From Eledone cirrhosa (taxonomy: Eukaryota), in contig OZ024743.1 in NCBI GenBank assembly GCA_964016885.1, forward strand, positions 211,358,001-211,422,000: a DNA stretch of 64,000 nt, read 5' to 3'. The translations under genes and the position numbers were made by a program. Below the pieces are notes generated by a model. That model ran no database searches. It was not told the origin of the DNA and saw nothing but the letters and a program-made list of their open reading frames with translations. Within the stretch, counting starts at the first letter, position 1. Each line of letters starts with the position of its first letter. Positions 13,401 to 26,900 of this stretch are shown in pieces.

Positions 13401-14999
13401 GAATCACTGGAGAGCTGTTCCAGGTAGAGCCACTAATTCACTGAATTGAGAGATCATAGCTCTGATACTACAGACATGTGGTTAGAATGTCTGAGGAAAG
13501 AATCACTAGAGAGCTGTTCCAGGTAGAGCCACTAATTCACTGAATTGAGAGATCATAGCTCTGATATTACAGACATGTGGTTAGAATGTCTGAGGAAAGA
13601 ATCACTAGAGAGCTGTTCCAGGTAGAGCCGCTAATTCACTGAATTGAGAGATCACAGCTCTGATATTACAGACATGTGGTTAGAATGTCTAAGGAAAGAA
13701 TCACTAGAGAGCTGTTCCAGTTAGAGCCACTAATTCACTGAATTGAGAGATCATAGCTCTGATACTACAGACATGTGGTTAGAATGTCTGAGGGAAGAAT
13801 CACTAGAGAGCTGTTCCAGGTAGAGCCACTAATGCACTGAATTGAGAGATCATAGCTCTGATACTACAGACATGTGGTTAGAATGTCTGAGCAACGAATC
13901 ACTAGAGAGCTATTCCAGGTAGAGCCACTAATTCCCCGAATTGAGAGATCATAACTCTGATACTACAGACATGTGGTTAGAATGTCTCAGGAAAGAATCA
14001 CTGGAGAGCTGTTCCAGGTAGAGCCACTAATTCACTGAATTGAGAGATCACAGCTCTGATATTACAGACATGTGGTTAGAATGTCTGAGGAAAGAATCAC
14101 TAGAGAGCTGTTCCAGATAGAGCCACTAATTCACTGAATTGAGAGATCACAGCTCTGATATTACAGACATGTGGTTAGAATGTCTGAGGAAAGAATCACT
14201 AGAGAACTGTTCCAGTTGGAGCCACTAATTCACTGAATTGAGAGATCATAGCTCTGACACTACAGACATGTGGTTAGAATGTCTGAGGAAAGAATAACTA
14301 GAGAGCTGTTCCAGGTAGAGCCACTAATTCACTGAATTGAGAGATCACAGCTCTGATATTACAGACATGTGGTTAGAATGTCTGAGGAAAGAATCACTAG
14401 AGAGCTGTTCCAGGTAGAGCCGCTAATTCACTGAATTGAGAGATCATAGCTCTGATACTACAGACATGCGGTTAGAATGTCTGAGGAAAGAATCACTAGA
14501 GAGCTGTTCCAGGTAGAGCCGCTAATTCACTGAATTGAGAGATCTTAGCTCTGATACTACAGACACGTGGTTAGAATGTCTAAGGAAAGAATCACTAGAG
14601 AGCTGTTCCAGGTAGAGCCACTAATTCATTGAATTGAGAGATCACAGCTCTGATATTACAGACATGTGGTTAGAATGTCTCAGGAAAGAATCACTAGAGA
14701 CCTGTTCCAGGTAGAGCCACTAATTCACTGAATTGAGAGATCACGGCTCTGATATTACAGACATGTGGTTAGAATGTCTGAGGAAAGAATCACTAGAGAG
14801 CTGTTCCAGGTAGAGCCACTAATTCACTGAATTGAGACATCACATCTCTGATATTACAGACATGTGGTTAGAATGTCTGAGGAAAGAATCACTAGAGAGC
14901 TGTTCCAGGTAGAGCCGCTAATTCACTGAATTGAGAGATCATAGCTCTGATACTTCAGACATGTGGTTAGAATGTCTGAGGGAAGAATCACTAGAGAGC

Positions 15000-17900
15000 T
15001 GTTCCAGGTAGAGCCACTAATTCACTGAATTGAGAGATCATAGCTCTGATATTACAGACATGTGGTTAGAATGTCTGATGAAAGAATCACTGGAGAGCTG
15101 TTCCAGGTAGAGCCACTAATTCACTGAATTGAGAGATCACAGCTCTGATATTACAGACATGTGGTTAGAATGTCTGAGGAAAGAATCACTGGAGAGCTGT
15201 TCCAGGTAGAGCCACTAATTCACTGAATTGACAGATCACAACTCAGATATTACAGACATGTGGTTAGAATGTCTGAGGAAAGTATCACTGGAGAGCTGTT
15301 CCAGGTAGAGTCACTAATTCACTGAATTGAGAGATCACAGCTCTGATATTACAGACATGTGGTTAGAATGTCTGAGGAAAGAATCACTAGAGAGCTGTTC
15401 CAGGTAGAGCCACAAATTCACTGAATTGAGAGATCACAGCTCTGATATTACAGACATGTGGTTAGAATGTCTGAGGTAAGAATCACTGGAGAGCTGTTCC
15501 AGGTAGAGCCACTAATTCACTGAATTGAGAGATCACAGCTCTGATATTACAGACATGTGGTTAGAATGTCTCAGGAAAGAATCACTAGAGAGCTGTTCCA
15601 GGTAGAGCCACTAATTCACTGAATTGAGAGATCACGGCTCTGATATTACAGACATGTGGTTAGAATGTCTGAGGAAAGAATCACTAGAGAGCTGTTCCAG
15701 GTAGAGCCACTAATTCACTGAATTGAGACATCACAGCTCTGATATTACAGACATGTGGTTAGAATGTCTGAGGAAAGTATCACTGGAGAGCTGTTCCAGG
15801 TAGAGCCACTAATTCACTCAATTGATAGATCACAGCTCTGATATTACAGACATGTGGTTAGAATGTCTGAGGAAAGAATCACTAGAGAGCTGTTCCAGGT
15901 AGAGCCACAAATTCACTGAATTGAGAGATCACAGCTCTGATATTACAGACATGTGGTTAGAATGTCTGAGGAAAGAATCACTGGAGAGCTGTTCCAGGTA
16001 GAGCCACTAATTCACTGAATTGAGAGATCATAGCTCTGATATTACAGACATGGGGTTAGAACGTCTCAGGAAAGAATCACTAGAGAGCTGTTCCAGGTAG
16101 AGCCACTAATTCACTGAATTGAGAGATCACAGCTCTGATACTATAGACATGTGGTTAGAATGTCTGAGGAAAGAATCACTAGAGAGCTGTTCCAGGTAGA
16201 GCCACTAATTCACTGAATTGAGAGATCACAATTCTGATATTACAGACATGTGGTTAGAATGTCTGAGGAAAGAATCACTGGAGAGATGTTCCAGGTAGAG
16301 CCACTAATTCACTGAATTGAGAGATCACAGCTCTGATATTACAGACATGTGCTTAGAATGTCTAAGGAAAGAATCACTGGAGAGCTGTTCCAGGTAGAGC
16401 CACTAATTCACTCAGTTGAGAGATCACAGCTCTGATATTACAGACATGTGGTTAGAATGTCTGAGGAAAGAATCACTAGAGAGCTGTTCCAGGTAGAGCC
16501 ACTAATTCACTGAATTGAGAGATCATAGCTCTAATACTATAGACATGAGGTTAGAATGTCTGAGGAAAGAATCACTAGAGAGCTGTTCCAGGTAGAGCCA
16601 CTAATTCAATGAATTCAGAGATCACAACTCTGATATTACAGACATGTGGTTAGAATGTCTGAGGAAAGAATCACTGGAGAGCTGTTCCAGGTAGAGCCAC
16701 TAATTCACTGAATTGAGAGATCACAGCTCTGATATTACAGACATGTGGTTAGAATGTCTGAGGAAAGAATCACTGGAGAGCTGTTCCAGGTAGAGCCACT
16801 AATTCACTGAATTGACAGATCACAACTCAGATATTACAGACATGTGGTTAGAATGTCTGAGGTAAGAATCACTGGAGAGCTGTTCCAGGTAGAGCCACTA
16901 ATTCACTGAATTGAGAGATCACAGCTCTGATATTACAGACATGTGGTTAGAATGTCTGAGGAAAGAATCACTAGAGATCTGTTCCAGGTAGAGCCACAAA
17001 TTCACTGAATTGAGAGATCACAGCTCTGATATTACAGACATGTGGTTAGAATGTCTGAGGTAAGAATCACTGGAGAGCTGTTCCAGGTAGAGCCACTAAT
17101 TCACTGAATTGAGAGATCACAGCTCTGTTATTACAGACATGTGGTTAGAATGTCTCAGGAAAGAATCACTAGAGAGCTGTTCCAGGTAGAGCCACTAATT
17201 CACTGAATTGAGAGATCACGGCTCTGATATTACAGACATGTGGTTAGAATGTCTGAGGAAAGAATCACTAGAGAGCTGTTCCAGGTAGAGCCACTAATTC
17301 ACTGAATTGAGACATCACAGCTCTGATATTACAGACATGTGGTTAGAATGTCTAAGGAAAGAATTACTAGAGAGCTGTTCCAGGTAGAGCCACTAATTCA
17401 CTGAATTGAGAGATCACAGCTCTGATATTACAGACATGTGGTTAGAATGTCTGAGGAAAGAATCACGAGAGACCTGTTCCAGGTAGAGCCACTAATTCAC
17501 TGAATTGAGAGATCACGGCTCTGATATTACAGACATGTGGTTAGAATGTGTGTGGAAAGAATCACTAGTGAGCTGTTCCAGGTAGAGCCACTAATTCACT
17601 GAATTGAGACATCACAGCTCTGATATTACAGACATGTGGTTAGAATGTCTGAGGAAAGAATCACTAGAGAGCTGTTCCAGGTAGAGCCGCTAATTCACTG
17701 AATTGAGAGATCATAGCTCTGATATTACAGACATGTGGTTAGAATGTCTGAGGAAAGAATCACTGGAGAGCTGTTCCAGGTAGAGCCACTAATTCACTGA
17801 ATTGACAGATCACAACTCAGATATTACAGACATGTGGTTAGAATGTCTGAGGAAAGTATCACTGGAGAGCTGTTCCAGGTAGAGCCACTAATTCACTCAA

Positions 17901-20900
17901 TTGAGAGATCACAGCTCTGATATTACAGACATGTGGTTAGAATGTCTGAGGAAAGAATCACTAGAGAGCTGTTCCAGGTAGAGCCACTAATTCACTGAAT
18001 TGAGAGATCATAGCTCTAATACTATAGACATGAGGTTAGAATGTCTGAGGAAAGAATCACTAGAGAGCTGTTCCAGGTAGAGCCACTAATTCAATGAATT
18101 CAGAGATCACAACTCTGATATTACAGACATGTGGTTAGAATGTCTGAGGAGAGAGTCACTAGAGAGCTGTTCCAGGTAGAGCCAATAATTCACTGAATTG
18201 AGAGATCACAGCTCTGATATTACAGACATGTGGTTAGAATGTCTGAGGAAAGAATCACTGGAGAGCTGTTCCAGGTAGAGCCACTAATTCACTGAATTGA
18301 GAGATCATAGCTCTGATATTACAGACATGTGGTTAGAATGTCTGATGAAAGAATCACTGGAGAGATGTTCCAGGTAGAGCCACTAATTCACTGAATTGAG
18401 AGATCACAGCTCTGATATTACAGACATGTGGTTAGAATGTCTGAGGAAAGAATCACTGGAGAGCTGTTCCAGGTAGAGCCACTAATTCACTGAATTGACA
18501 GATCACAACTCAGATATTACAGACATGTGGTTAGAATGTCCGAGGAAAGTATCACTGGAGAGCTGTTCCAGGTAGAGCCACTAATTCACTGAATTGAGAC
18601 ATCACAGCTCTGATATTACAGACATGTGGTTAGAATGTCTGAGGAAAGTATCACTGGAGAGCTGTTCCAGATAGAGCCACTAATTCACTCAATTGATAGA
18701 TCACAGCTCTGATATTACAGACATGTGGTTAGAATGTCTGAGGAAAGAATCACGAGAGAGCTGTTCCAGGTAGAGCCACAAATTCACTGAATTGAGAGAT
18801 CACAGCTCTGATATTACAGACATGTGGTTAGAATGTCTGAGGAAAGAATCACTGGAGAGCTGTTCCAGGTAGAGCCACTAATTCACTGAATTGAGAGATC
18901 ATAGCTCTGATATTACAGACATGGGGTTAGAACGTCTCAGGAAAGAATCACTAGAGAGCTGTTCCAGGTAGAGCCACTAATTCACTGAATTGAGAGATCA
19001 CAGCTCTGATACTATAGATATATGGTTAGAATGTCTGAGGAAAGAATCACTAGAGAGCTGTTCCAGGTAGAGCCACTAATTCACTGAATTGAGAGATCAC
19101 AATTCTGATATTACAGACATGTGGTTAGAATGTCTGAGGAAAGAATCACTGGAGAGATGTTCCAGGTAGAGCCACTAATTCACTGAATTGAGAGATCACA
19201 GCTCTGATATTACAGACATGTGCTTAGAATGTCTAAGGAAAGAATCACTGGAGAGCTGTTCCAGGTAGAGCCACTAATTCACTCAGTTGAGAGATCACAG
19301 CTCTGATATTACAGACATGTGGTTAGAATGTCTGAGGAAAGAATCACTAGAGAGCTGTTCCAGGTAGAGCCACTAATTCACTGAATTGAGAGATCATAGC
19401 TCTAATACTATAGACATGAGGTTAGAATGTCTGAGGAAAGAATCACTAGAGAGCTGTTCCAGGTAGAGCCACTAATTCAATGAATTCAGAGATCACAACT
19501 CTGATATTACAGACATGTGGTTAGAATGTCTGAGGAGAGAGTCACTAGAGAGCTGTTCCAGGTAGAGCCAATAATTCACTGAATTGAGAGACCACAGCTC
19601 TGATATTACAGACATGTGGTTAGAATGTCTGAGGAAAGAATCACTGGAGAGCTGTTCCAGGTAGAGCCACTAATTCACTGAATTGAGAGATCATAGCTCT
19701 GATATTACAGACATGTGGTTAGAATGTCTGATGAAAGAATAACTGGAGAGCTGTTCCAGGTAGAGCCACTAATTCACTGAATTGAGAGATCATAGCTCTG
19801 ATATTACAGACATGTGGTTAGAATGTCTGATGAAAGAATCACTGGAGAGCTGTTCCAGGTAGAGCCACTAATTCACTGAATTGAGAGATCACAGCTCTGA
19901 TATTACAGACATGTGGTTAGAATGTCTGAGGAAAGAATCACTGGAGAGCTGTTCCAGGTAGAGCCACTAATTCACTGAATTGACAGATCACAACTCAGAT
20001 ATTACAGACATGTGGTTAGAATGTCTGAGGTAAGAATCACTGGAGAGCTGTTCCAGGTAGAGCCACTAATTCACTGAATTGAGAGATCACAGCTCTGATA
20101 TTACAGACATGTGGTTAGAATGTCTGAGGAAAGAATCACTAGAGATCTGTTCCAGGTAGAGCCACAAATTCACTGAATTGAGAGATCACAGCTCTGATAT
20201 TACAGACATGTGGTTAGAATGTCTGAGGTAAGAATCACTGGAGAGCTGTTCCAGGTAGAGCCACTAATTCACTGAATTGAGAGATCACAGCTCTGTTATT
20301 ACAGACATGTGGTTAGAATGTCTCAGGAAAGAATCACTAGAGACCTGTTCCAGGTAGAGCCACTAATTCACTGAATTGAGAGATCACGGCTCTGATATTA
20401 CAGACATGTGGTTAGAATGTCTGAGGAAAGAATCACTAGAGAGCTGTTCCAGGTAGAGCCACTAATTCACTGAATTGAGACATCACAGCTCTGATATTAC
20501 AGACATGTGGTTAGAATGTCTAAGGAAAGAATCACTAGAGAGCTGTTCCAGGTAGAGCCACTAATTCACTGAATTGAGAGATCACAGCTCTGATATTACA
20601 GACATGTGGTTAGAATGTCTCAGGAAAGAATCACGAGAGACCTGTTCCAGGTAGAGCCACTAATTCACTGAATTGAGAGATCACGGCTCTGATATTACAG
20701 ACATGTGGTTAGAATGTCTGTGGAAAGAATCACTAGTGAGCTGTTCCAGGTAGAGCCACTAATTCACTGAATTGAGACATCACAGCTCTGATATTACAGA
20801 CATGTGGTTAGAATGTCTGAGGAAAGAATCACTAGAGAGCTGTTCCAGGTAGAGCCGCTAATTCACTGAATTGAGAGATCATAGCTCTGATATTACAGAC

Positions 20901-23900
20901 ATGTGGTTAGAATGTCTGAGGAAAGAATCACTGGAGAGCTGTTCCAGGTAGAGCCACTAATTCACTGAATTGACAGATCACAACTCAGATATTACAGACA
21001 TGTGGTTAGAATGTCTGAGGAAAGAATCACTAGAGAGCTGTTCCAGGTAGAGCCACTAATTCACTGAATTGAGAGATCATAGCTCTAATACTATAGACAT
21101 GAGGTTAGAATGTCTGAGGAAAGAATCACTAGAGAGCTGTTCCAGGTAGAGCCACTAATTCAATGAATTCAGAGATCACAACTCTGATATTACAGACATG
21201 TGGTTAGAATGTCTGAGGAGAGAGTCACTAGAGAGCTGTTCCAGGTAGAGCCAATAATTCACTGAATTGAGAGATCACAGCTCTGATATTACAGACATGT
21301 GGTTAGAATGTCTGAGGAAAGAATCACTGGAGAGCTGTTCCAGGTAGAGCCACTAATTCACTGAATTGAGAGATCATAGCTCTGATATTACAGACATGTG
21401 GTTAGAATGTCTGATGAAAGAATCACTGGAGAGATGTTCCAGGTAGAGCCAATAATTCACTGAATTGAGAGATCACAGCTCTGATATTACAGACATGTGG
21501 TTAGAATGTCTGAGGAAAGAATCACTGGAGAGCTGTTCCAGGTAGAGCCACTAATTCACTGAATTGAGAGATCATAGCTCTGATATTACAGACATGTGGT
21601 TAGAATGTCTGATGAAAGAATCACTGGAGAGATGTTCCAGGTAGAGCCACTAATTCACTGAATTGAGAGATCACAGCTCTGATATTACAGACATGTGGTT
21701 AGAATGTCTGAGGAAAGAATCACTGGAGAGCTGTTCCAGGTAGAGCCACTAATTCACTGAATTGACAGATCACAACTCAGATATTACAGACATGTGGTTA
21801 GAATGTCTGAGGAAAGTATCACTGGAGAGCTGTTCCAGGTAGAGCCACTAATTCACTGAATTGAGACATCACAGCTCTGATATTACAGACATGTGGTTAG
21901 AATGTCTGAGGAAAGTATCACTGGAGAGCTGTTCCAGATAGAGCCACTAATTCACTCAATTGATAGATCACAGCTCTGATATTACAGACATGTGGTTAGA
22001 ATGTCTGAGGAAAGAATCACGAGAGAGCTGTTCCAGGTAGAGCCACAAATTCACTGAATTGAGAGATCACAGCTCTGATATTACAGACATGTGGTTAGAA
22101 TGTCTGAGGAAAGAGTCACTGGAGAGCTGTTCCAGGTAGAGCCACTAATTCACTGAATTGAGAGATCATAGCTCTGATATTACAGACATGGGGTTAGAAC
22201 GTCTCAGGAAAGAATCACTAGAGAGCTGTTCCAGGTAGAGCCACTAATTCACTGAATTGAGAGATCACAGCTCTGATACTATAGATATATGGTTAGAATG
22301 TCTGAGGAAAGAATCACTAGAGAGCTGTTCCAGGTAGAGCCACTAATTCACTGAATTGAGAGATCACAATTCTGATATTACAGACATGTGGTTAGAATGT
22401 CTGAGGAAAGAATCACTGGAGAGATGTTCCAGGTAGAGCCACTAATTCACTGAATTGAGAGATCACAGCTCTGATATTACAGACATGTGCTTAGAATGTC
22501 TAAGGAAAGAATCACTGGAGAGCTGTTCCAGGTAGAGCCACTAATTCACTCAGTTGAGAGATCACAGCTCTGATATTACAGACATGTGGTTAGAATGTCT
22601 GAGGAAAGAATCACTAGAGAGCTGTTCCAGGTAGAGCCACTAATTCACTGAATTGAGAGATCATAGCTCTAATACTATAGACATGAGGTTAGAATGTCTG
22701 AGGAAAGAATCACTAGAGAGCTGTTCCAGGTAGAGCCACTAATTCAATGAATTCAGAGATCACAACTCTGATATTACAGACATGTGGTTAGAATGTCTGA
22801 GGAGAGAGTCACTAGAGAGCTGTTCCAGGTAGAGCCAATAATTCACTGAATTGAGAGACCACAGCTCTGATATTACAGACATGTGGTTAGAATGTCTGAG
22901 GAAAGAATCACTGGAGAGCTGTTCCAGGTAGAGCCACTAATTCACTGAATTGAGAGATCATAGCTCTGATATTACAGACATGTGGTTAGAATGTCTGATG
23001 AAAGAATAACTGGAGAGCTGTTCCAGGTAGAGCCACTAATTCACTGAATTGAGAGATCATAGCTCTGATATTACAGACATGTGGTTAGAATGTCTGATGA
23101 AAGAATCACTGGAGAGCTGTTCCAGGTAGAGCCACTAATTCACTGAATTGAGAGATCACAGCTCTGATATTACAGACATGTGGTTAGAATGTCTGAGGAA
23201 AGAATCACTGGAGAGCTGTTCCAGGTAGAGCCACTAATTCACTGAATTGACAGATCACAACTCAGATATTACAGACATGTGGTTAGAATGTCTGAGGTAA
23301 GAATCACTGGAGAGCTGTTCCAGGTAGAGCCACTAATTCACTGAATTGAGAGATCACAGCTCTGATATTACAGACATGTGGTTAGAATGTCTGAGGAAAG
23401 AATCACTAGAGATCTGTTCCAGGTAGAGCCACAAATTCACTGAATTGAGAGATCACAGCTCTGATATTACAGACATGTGGTTAGAATGTCTGAGGTAAGA
23501 ATCACTGGAGAGCTGTTCCAGGTAGAGCCACTAATTCACTGAATTGAGAGATCACAGCTCTGTTATTACAGACATGTGGTTAGAATGTCTCAGGAAAGAA
23601 TCACTAGAGACCTGTTCCAGGTAGAGCCACTAATTCACTGAATTGAGAGATCACGGCTCTGATATTACAGACATGTGGTTAGAATGTCTGAGGAAAGAAT
23701 CACTAGAGAGCTGTTCCAGGTAGAGCCACTAATTCACTGAATTGAGACATCACAGCTCTGATATTACAGACATGTGGTTAGAATGTCTAAGGAAAGAATC
23801 ACTAGAGAGCTGTTCCAGGTAGAGCCACTAATTCACTGAATTGAGAGATCACAGCTCTGATATTACAGACATGTGGTTAGAATGTCTCAGGAAAGAATCA

Positions 23901-26900
23901 CGAGAGACCTGTTCCAGGTAGAGCCACTAATTCACTGAATTGAGAGATCACGGCTCTGATATTACAGACATGTGGTTAGAATGTCTGTGGAAAGAATCAC
24001 TAGTGAGCTGTTCCAGGTAGAGCCACTAATTCACTGAATTGAGACATCACAGCTCTGATATTACAGACATGTGGTTAGAATGTCTGAGGAAAGAATCACT
24101 AGAGAGCTGTTCCAGGTAGAGCCGCTAATTCACTGAATTGAGAGATCATAGCTCTGATATTACAGACATGTGGTTAGAATGTCTGAGGAAAGAATCACTG
24201 GAGAGCTGTTCCAGGTAGAGCCACTAATTCACTGAATTGACAGATCACAACTCAGATATTACAGACATGTGGTTAGAATGTCTGAGGAAAGAATCACTAG
24301 AGAGCTGTTCCAGGTAGAGCCACTAATTCACTGAATTGAGAGATCATAGCTCTAATACTATAGACATGAGGTTAGAATGTCTGAGGAAAGAATCACTAGA
24401 GAGCTGTTCCAGGTAGAGCCACTAATTCAATGAATTCAGAGATCACAACTCTGATATTACAGACATGTGGTTAGAATGTCTGAGGAGAGAGTCACTAGAG
24501 AGCTGTTCCAGGTAGAGCCAATAATTCACTGAATTGAGAGATCACAGCTCTGATATTACAGACATGTGGTTAGAATGTCTGAGGAAAGAATCACTGGAGA
24601 GCTGTTCCAGGTAGAGCCACTAATTCACTGAATTGAGAGATCATAGCTCTGATATTACAGACATGTGGTTAGAATGTCTGATGAAAGAATCACTGGAGAG
24701 ATGTTCCAGGTAGAGCCACTAATTCACTGAATTGAGAGATCACAGCTCTGATATTACAGACATGTGGTTAGAATGTCTGAGGAAAGAATCACTGGAGAGC
24801 TGTTCCAGGTAGAGCCACTAATTCACTGAATTGACAGATCACAACTCAGATATTACAGACATGTGGTTAGAATGTCTGAGGAAAGTATCACTGGAGAGCT
24901 GTTCCAGGTAGAGCCACTAATTCACTGAATTGAGACATCACAGCTCTGATATTACAGACATGTGGTTAGAATGTCTGAGGAAAGTATCACTGGAGAGCTG
25001 TTCCAGATAGAGCCACTAATTCACTCAATTGATAGATCACAGCTCTGATATTACAGACATGTGGTTAGAATGTCTGAGGAAAGAATCACGAGAGAGCTGT
25101 TCCAGGTAGAGCCACAAATTCACTGAATTGAGAGATCACAGCTCTGATATTACAGACATGTGGTTAGAATGTCTGAGGAAAGAATCACTGGAGAGCTGTT
25201 CCAGGTAGAGCCACTAATTCACTGAATTGAGAGATCATAGCTCTGATATTACAGACATGGGGTTAGAACGTCTCAGGAAAGAATCACTAGAGAGCTGTTC
25301 CAGGTAGAGCCACTAATTCACTGAATTGAGAGATCACAGCTCTGATACTATAGATATATGGTTAGAATGTCTGAGGAAAGAATCACTAGAGAGCTGTTCC
25401 AGGTAGAGCCACTAATTCACTGAATTGAGAGATCACAATTCTGATATTACAGACATGTGGTTAGAATGTCTGAGGAAAGAATCACTGGAGAGATGTTCCA
25501 GGTAGAGCCACTAATTCACTGAATTGAGAGATCACAGCTCTGATATTACAGACATGTGCTTAGAATGTCTAAGGAAAGAATCACTGGAGAGCTGTTCCAG
25601 GTAGAGCCACTAATTCACTCAGTTGAGAGATCACAGCTCTGATATTACAGACATGTGGTTAGAATGTCTGAGGAAAGAATCACTAGAGAGCTGTTCCAGG
25701 TAGAGCCACTAATTCACTGAATTGAGAGATCATAGCTCTAATACTATAGACATGAGGTTAGAATGTCTGAGGAAAGAATCACTAGAGAGCTGTTCCAGGT
25801 AGAGCCACTAATTCAATGAATTCAGAGATCACAACTCTGATATTACAGACATGTGGTTAGAATGTCTGAGGAGAGAGTCACTAGAGAGCTGTTCCAGGTA
25901 GAGCCAATAATTCACTGAATTGAGAGACCACAGCTCTGATATTACAGACATGTGGTTAGAATGTCTGAGGAAAGAATCACTGGAGAGCTGTTCCAGGTAG
26001 AGCCACTAATTCACTGAATTGAGAGATCATAGCTCTGATATTACAGACATGTGGTTAGAATGTCTGATGAAAGAATAACTGGAGAGCTGTTCCAGGTAGA
26101 GCCACTAATTCACTGAATTGAGAGATCACAGCTCTGATATTACAGACATGTGGTTAGAATGTCTGAGGAAAGAATCACTGGAGAGCTGTTCCAGGTAGAG
26201 CCACTAATTCACTGAATTGACAGATCACAACTCAGATATTACAGACATGTGGTTAGAATGTCTGAGGTAAGAATCACTGGAGAGCTGTTCCAGGTAGAGC
26301 CACTAATTCACTGAATTGAGAGATCACAGCTCTGATATTACAGACATGTGGTTAGAATGTCTGAGGAAAGAATCACTAGAGAGCTGTTCCAGGTAGAGCC
26401 ACAAATTCACTGAATTGAGAGATCACAGCTCTGATATTACAGACATGTGGTTAGAATGTCTGAGGTAAGAATCACTGGAGAGCTGTTCCAGGTAGAGCCA
26501 CTAATTCACTGAATTGAGAGATCATAGCTCTGATATTACAGACATGTGGTTAGAATGTCTCAGGAAAGAATCACTAGAGACCTGTTCCAGGTAGAGCCAC
26601 TAATTCACTGAATTGAGAGATCACGGCTCTGATATTACAGACATGTGGTTAGAATGTCTGAGGAAAGAATCACTAGAGAGCTGTTCCAGGTAGAGCCACT
26701 AATTCACTGAATTGAGACATCACAGCTCTGATATTACAGACATGTGGTTAGAATGTCTGAGGAAAGTATCACTGGAGAGCTGTTCCAGGTAGAGCCACTA
26801 ATTCACTCAATTGATAGATCACAGCTCTGATATTACAGACATGTGGTTAGAATGTCTGAGGAAAGAATCACTAGAGAGCTGTTCCAGGTAGAGCCACAAA

